From NCBI GenBank assembly GCA_002104905.1, contig MCFE01000738.1, positions 1 to 41,057 of the forward strand: a stretch of 41,057 bases of DNA, given 5' to 3'. This stretch comes from Basidiobolus meristosporus CBS 931.73. Taxonomy: Eukaryota > Fungi > Basidiobolomycota. The number at the start of each line of letters is the position of its first letter. Position 1 is the first letter of the stretch. Shown here piece after piece: positions 35,800 through 41,057 of the stretch. Made by a program: the position numbers and the translations under genes. The notes below the pieces were generated by a model, which saw only the letters and a program-made list of their open reading frames with translations, was not told where the DNA came from and searched no databases.

Positions 35800-36148
35800 T
35801 GTTGTAGAAATTTGTATTTCCACCTAAATATTCACCTAACTTAGTCACTTAGATCATTACCTTCAAATCCTAGAAAATACTGACCAAATTCCTTGTCGGG
35901 ATTTACTTAGAATATTTTCACCAAAATACCAGGTACCCAGAACATGAAAATTCTCAAAGTTGTCCAAACAGCCCCAAACTTTGCACACATGTTCTTGGGA
36001 CCTTCCTTAACCTATTCTACGTGTTTGTAATGCCAAGACCAGGTAAAAGTATAAATACTACTTTTACATTCAATAAATCATTAAGTGAAAACCACATAAT
36101 CTACTTGTTCTCCCAATCACTTCCAATATCTCCAAGACTCCTACAACA
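35800..36148 (+). repeat. 5' LTR of the nested element (349 bp)
   Basis: TGTTG...CAACA termini; 6 transitions relative to the 3' LTR by manual alignment. Confidence 0.95.
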
Positions 36149-36160
36149 GGTTATGAGCCC
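36149..36160 (+). other. Primer-binding site complementary to the anticodon arm of initiator tRNA-Met
   Basis: GGTTATGAGCCC directly after the LTR is the reverse complement of GGGCUCAUAACC, the anticodon arm of fungal tRNAi-Met. Confidence 0.8.
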
Positions 36161-36179
36161 CGAGCTGTCACTCTCTGCA

Positions 36180-39100
36180 ATGTCTACTACTGCTATTACT
36201 GGAATTTTTCCCTCTGCTGAAAAGTTGGATGGATCTAACTACCAAGTGTGGAAGGTGAAGATGAAGATGCTGCTGCAAGAAAGAGGCCTTTGGGATATTG
36301 TCATGGGAGAAGAATGCCCTCCTAAAAGCATGGGAGAGGAAGCCTTAAAGTACCAGAAGAAAGATCAAAGTGCCTTTAACTGCATTTGCCTTAATGTCAA
36401 GGACAAATTGCTAATTCAATGCTCAAGAGCAAAAACGGCAAAGAATGCCTGGAAAGCATTAGAAGACACCTACCAGTCATGTTCAGCTGCCAAGAAAATG
36501 TATCTGAGGAGAAAATTCTTTACTACAAAGATGCTGCCAGGAGAAGAAATGAAAAATCTAATTAACAGAATTACCCTGCTGGTAGATGAGATGGAATCTG
36601 TGGGCATACCAACTACTGATGAGGATGTGATAGTTACCATCCTGAATAGCCTGACAGACAAGTTTCAGGGCCTTGTATCAGCCCTAGAGTCCAGAACTGA
36701 AGATTTGACCTTAAATTACGTATATGGAAGGCTCCTGGATGAAGAATTAAGAAAATCAAGCGCCAATAAGAAGGAAGAAGAAAATGCTTTAATAAGCAAT
36801 GATAACCAACAAAGGAGGTACCCAAGACCCTACAAAGGCAACAGCAACCTATTTTGCAACTACTGCAAAAGGAAAGGACACATATCAGACCGGTGTTTCA
36901 AAAAGAGAGATTATCAGCAAAAGAAGCCTGAATATGGAAATGCTGCAACAACTGAAGATAGACTATTCATATCTGCACTAAATATGACCACAAACAAGGA
37001 TTCTCAGATGTGGTATATTGACTCTGGAGCTTCTCAACACTTTACACACCAAAAAGAACTTTTTACCCAATATCAAGAAATTCCAATTAAGAAGGTTTTC
37101 ATGGGTGACAATAGAACACTTGATGCAGTGGGAGAAGGAACTATCCAAGTAAACCTTAAGAAGCAGTGAAGGAAGCCATACACTGACCTTTAAAGAAGTA
37201 CTCTATGTACCAGAAATAGCCAAGAACCTACTCTCTGTAAGCAAGGCCACAGCAGAAGGACTCAGTCTTCAGTTTTGACAATTCTGGATGCAGGATCACT
37301 GATCAAAATGGTGCTCATATGGCTTTCAGGCATCAGAGATCAGAATCTATACAAGTTGACTTATATTCCATCATATCTGGAAGCCAATATAAGTAACTTA
37401 AATGAAGAAACACCAATGCTTTGGCACAGCAGATTTGGACACATCAATTTTGATTATTTGCGTAAAATGATCAAAGATCAGCTAATTTCTGGAGTGAAAA
37501 TTGATCCCCCAGCTAATTTGGAGCACTGTGAAGCCTGCATATATGGGAAACAAGCCAGACAACCGTTCAAGAGCTCTGGGTTAATCAAAACTAAGAAAAA
37601 ATTAGATCTAATTCACTCAGATCTGTGTGGACCTATGCAAAATTTATCCTTAGGCGGGATGAAGTATTTAATCACTTTTATTGATGATTATACAAGATAC
37701 ACATGGGTCTACTTCATGGAGAGAAAGGAAGAAGCTCTGTCTAAGCTCAGGGAGTTTAAAGCCATGGTGGAGAGAGAAACTGGTGAAAAAATCAAGAAAA
37801 TATGCTCTGACAATGGTGGAGAATATACCTCAAAACTCTTCATCCACTTCTGCAAAATTCATGGGATAAAGCAAGAGACTACTGTACCATACTCCCCACA
37901 GCAAAATGGAGTAGCAGAACGAGCTAACAGATCAATAATTGATATGGCAAGATCTATGATCCATGATCAAAAATTATCCTATGATTTTTGGGCGGAATCA
38001 GTTGCCACTGCTGTATATCTTAAAAATAGGAGTTATAACAGAATACTTTGTGATTCTACTCCATTTGAAGCATGGTATGGATACAGACCAAGTGCAGAAC
38101 ATCTAAGAATATTTGGGTGTACAGCATATGCCAAAAAACTGGCCGGAAATCAGTCAAAATTTGAGCCAAAAAGTGTAAAATGCATATTTTTGGGCTACTG
38201 CAATGAGAGTAAGGCATACAGACTCTACAATACCAAAGCAAAGAAGCTGATCAAGTCCAGGGATGTGTTGTTTGATGAAAATTCAAAATTTTCACAAAAA
38301 ATGACATCAGATGATGACGAAAAATTTGATCTCAAGTCCACCAATTGTCAGGATTGAATCAGAGCAAAACAATGAAAATTTTTTCACTCCAGAGGACTCT
38401 ACAACCGTGGTTCAGCCAGAATCAGTGCCCAGGAATATCCCAGAAGTGATCATTCCAGTATCAAATGCCCGGAGATCAAATCGGACAAGAAATAGCCCAA
38501 ATTACTATATTAATGAGGGTACAAACTTAGCCTATGCCTATTCAGTCCATATTGATGAACCCCAGACTGTAAAAGAGGCCCTAAATAGCCCTCAGACAAA
38601 GTTTTGGAGATCTGCAATGACTGAGGAATATCAGGCCCTGATGGAAAATCAAACTTGGGACTTAGTCAAATTACCAATCAACCAAAAATCAATTGGATGC
38701 AGATGGGTCTTCAAGACAAAAGTACAAGGCTGATGGTACAATTGAAAGATACAAAGCAAGACTTGTAGCCAAAGGATACTCTCAAACAAAAGGACTTGAC
38801 TATACTGAGACCTTTGCACCGGTAGCCAAGTTTAATTCCATCAGATTAATATTGGCTATTGCAGCCAAATATAAGTTTTTTATTCATCAAATGGATGTAA
38901 AAACTGCATTTTTGAATGGAGAACTTGATGAGGACGTGTATATGGACCAGCCTGATGGGTTTGTTGACCAAGATAACCCCCATTTGGTCTGCAAGCTTAA
39001 AAAGTCACTATATGGTCTCAAACAATCACCAAGAGCCTGGAATTGCAAGATAGATTCTTATTTGGAATCTTTGAGTTTCAAAAGGAGTAATGCTGACTAT

Positions 39101-40130
39101 AGTATATACTATAAGCCAGATAGAGCAAATCCAGTTCTATTAGCTCTATATGTGGATGATCTTATTATAGCCGCCAATAACCTAGAAACATTGGAAGAGA
39201 CTAAATCCAGCCTATCTAAGGAGTTCAAGATGTCCGATCTAGGAGAACTCTAGTTACTACTTAGGGATTAAGTTCTCCATAGACAGAAGTACCCAGACTA
39301 TTACCCTAAGCCAATCCAAGTATATTCAAGATATACTAAAGAAGTACAAAATGGAAGACTGTAAACCGGCAGCTACCCCAATGGAGACAAACCTTAACTT
39401 GGTCAAAACTCAACCAAATCAAGAGAGCTTGGTGCCATCTGAAAGCCCTGACTTTCCTTATCAATCTATGGTTGGCAGTCTGATGTATATCATGCTTGGA
39501 ACACGTCCAGATATCTCATATTCAGTGGGAGTTGTCAGCCAACATAATCAGAATTATGGATCTGATCATATTGCAGCAGTTAAGCGGATTTTTAGATACC
39601 TAAAAGGAACTGCTGATATCTGCTTAAGATACACTTATAAGGATTCAGAACAGGATCTTGTGGGATACTCTGATGCTGATTGGGGACAAAATTTAGAAGA
39701 CAGAAGATCCACCACAGGATACACCTTTCTTTACTGTAAAGGAGCAATTTCATGGAATTCAAGAAAGCAACCAACCGTAGCACTTTCTACTACAGAGGCA
39801 GAGTATATGGCAGCCTGTGAAGCTACAAAAGAAGCAATGTGGTTAAGAAAGCTCTTTACAGATTTAGGCCTATGTCAAAAAACGCCTATTACTTTATTTC
39901 AAGATAATCAAGGATGTATACAATTAGGTAGAAATCCAACTTTTCATGCTAGAACCAAGCACATAGATATTAGACATCATTTCATACGTGAAGCTATAGA
40001 GAGTAACTTAGTTAGCTTAGTTTACTGTCCTACAGATGAAATGATTGCAGACATATTTACCAAACCATTAGCTAGAGACAAGTTTGAATATCTTAGGTCA
40101 AAATTAGGACTAGTCAGTATGAACATTTAG
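36180..40130 (+). CDS. Copia gag-pol polyprotein, interrupted in this sequence by six +1 single-base insertions
   Basis: KLDGSNYQVWK; CNYCKRKGHISDRC zinc knuckle; WYIDSGASQH protease; LWHSRFGH..CEAC; HSDLCGP/SDNGGEY/NGVAER integrase; YVDD RT; YSDADW RNase H. Confidence 0.9.
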
Positions 40131-40132
40131 CT

Positions 40133-40141
40133 GAGTGGGAG
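40133..40141 (+). other. Polypurine tract of the nested element
   Basis: GAGTGGGAG immediately before the 3' LTR TG. Confidence 0.8.
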
Positions 40142-40490
40142 TGTTGTAAAAATTCGTATTTCCACCTAAATATTCACCTAACTTAGTCACTTAGATCATT
40201 ACCTTCAAATCCTAGAAAATACTGACCAAATTCCTTGTCGGGATTTACTTAGAATATTTTCACCAAAATACCAGGTACCCAGAACATGAAAATTCTCAAA
40301 GTTGTCCAAACAGCCCCAAACTTTGCACACATGTTCTTGAGACCTTCCTTAACCTATTCTACGTGTTTGTAATGCCAAGACCAGGTAAAAGTATAAATAC
40401 CACTTTTACATTCAATAAATCATTAAATGAAAACCACATAATCTACTTGTTCTCCCAATCACTTCCAATATCTCCAAGACTCTTACAACA
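40142..40490 (+). repeat. 3' LTR of the nested element (349 bp)
   Basis: TGTTG...CAACA termini, followed by TSD GTAGA. Confidence 0.95.
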
Positions 40491-41057
40491 GTAGAGTCCT
40501 CTGGAGTGAAAAAATTTTCATTGTTTTGCTCTGATTCAATCCTGACAATTGGTGGACTTGAGATCAAATTTTTGTCATCATCTGATGTCATTTTTTGTGA
40601 AAATTTTGAATTTTCATCAAACAACACATCCCTGGACTTGATCAGCTTCTTTGCTTTGGTATTGTAGTCTGTATGCCTTACTCTCATTGCAGTAGTCCAA
40701 AAATATGCATTTTACACTTTTTGGTTCAAATTTTGACTGATTTCCGGCCAGTTTTTTGGCATATGCTGTACACCCAAATATTTTTAGATGTCCTGCACTT
40801 GGTCTGTATTCATACCATGCTTCAAATGGAGTAGAATCACAAAGTATTCTGTTATAACTCCTATTTTTAAGATATACAGCAGTGGCAACTGATTTGGCCC
40901 AAAAATCATAGGATAATTTTTGATCATGGATCATAGATCTTACCATATCAATTATTGATCAGTTAGCTTGTTCTGCTACTCCATTTTGCTGTGGGGAGTA
41001 TGGTACAGTAGTCTCTTGCTTTATCCCATGAATTTTGCAGAAGTAGAAGAAGAGTTT

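Larger units (their letters stand above)
35800..40490 (+). mobile_element. Full-length Ty1/copia LTR retrotransposon (4691 bp) nested in the host copy; 5-bp TSD GTAGA
   Basis: LTRs 35800-36148 and 40142-40490; GTAGA at 35795-35799 and 40491-40495; PBS, gag-PR-IN-RT-RH domain order, PPT. Confidence 0.97.
33710..41057 (-). mobile_element. Ty1/copia host element (minus strand), split by a nested insertion; its 5' part runs off the window end
   Basis: 3' LTR 33710-34058, PPT complement CTCCCACTC at 34059-34067, RT/RNaseH 34070-35799, integrase part resuming at 40496-41057. Degenerate: YVND in place of YVDD, 1-bp deletion ~35315, 2-bp deletion ~40665. Confidence 0.93.

Noticed and set aside
37155-37170. 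Programmed gag/pol ribosomal frameshift at CTT-AAG
   Set aside because: Two more +1 shifts follow within 170 nt and return to the gag frame, and three similar insertions occur further on. Error or mutation is simpler.
33710-41057. Inverted duplication as an assembly fold-back artefact
   Set aside because: The arms differ by many biologically patterned substitutions, and the insertion has an exact 5-bp TSD with intact TG..CA termini.

Overview
Eukaryotic genomic DNA with short (~50-100 nt) GT-AG introns. The gene set suggests a fungus, probably an early-diverging lineage (inference). Bases 1-~32.0 kb are gene-dense: Mis18, a CapA/PGA_cap-family metallophosphoesterase, Rrp46, a claudin-like 4-TM protein, an LRR receptor-like protein, casein kinase I, myosin regulatory light chain, a WSC sensor, RPB10, RPS19, a UBE2S-like E2, two orphan 7-TM paralogs, a NiCoT nickel permease, a type-B carboxylesterase and a GH20 hexosaminidase. 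From ~32.45 kb the sequence turns into a CpG-depleted Ty1/copia region. It holds an old truncated LTR, ~1 kb of unidentified CpG-poor DNA, and a minus-strand copia copy. A full-length sister copy (35800-40490, TSD GTAGA) is inserted into that copy in the opposite orientation. I found no convincing multi-gene novel pathway. The strongest leads are: (1) the kinase-less plant-type LRR receptor with introns at the same position of successive repeats, (2) the diverged GPCR-like pair sharing one intron, (3) the CapA-like gene, and (4) the antisense self-nested retrotransposon with its CpG-decay record. Exon boundaries were read by eye.
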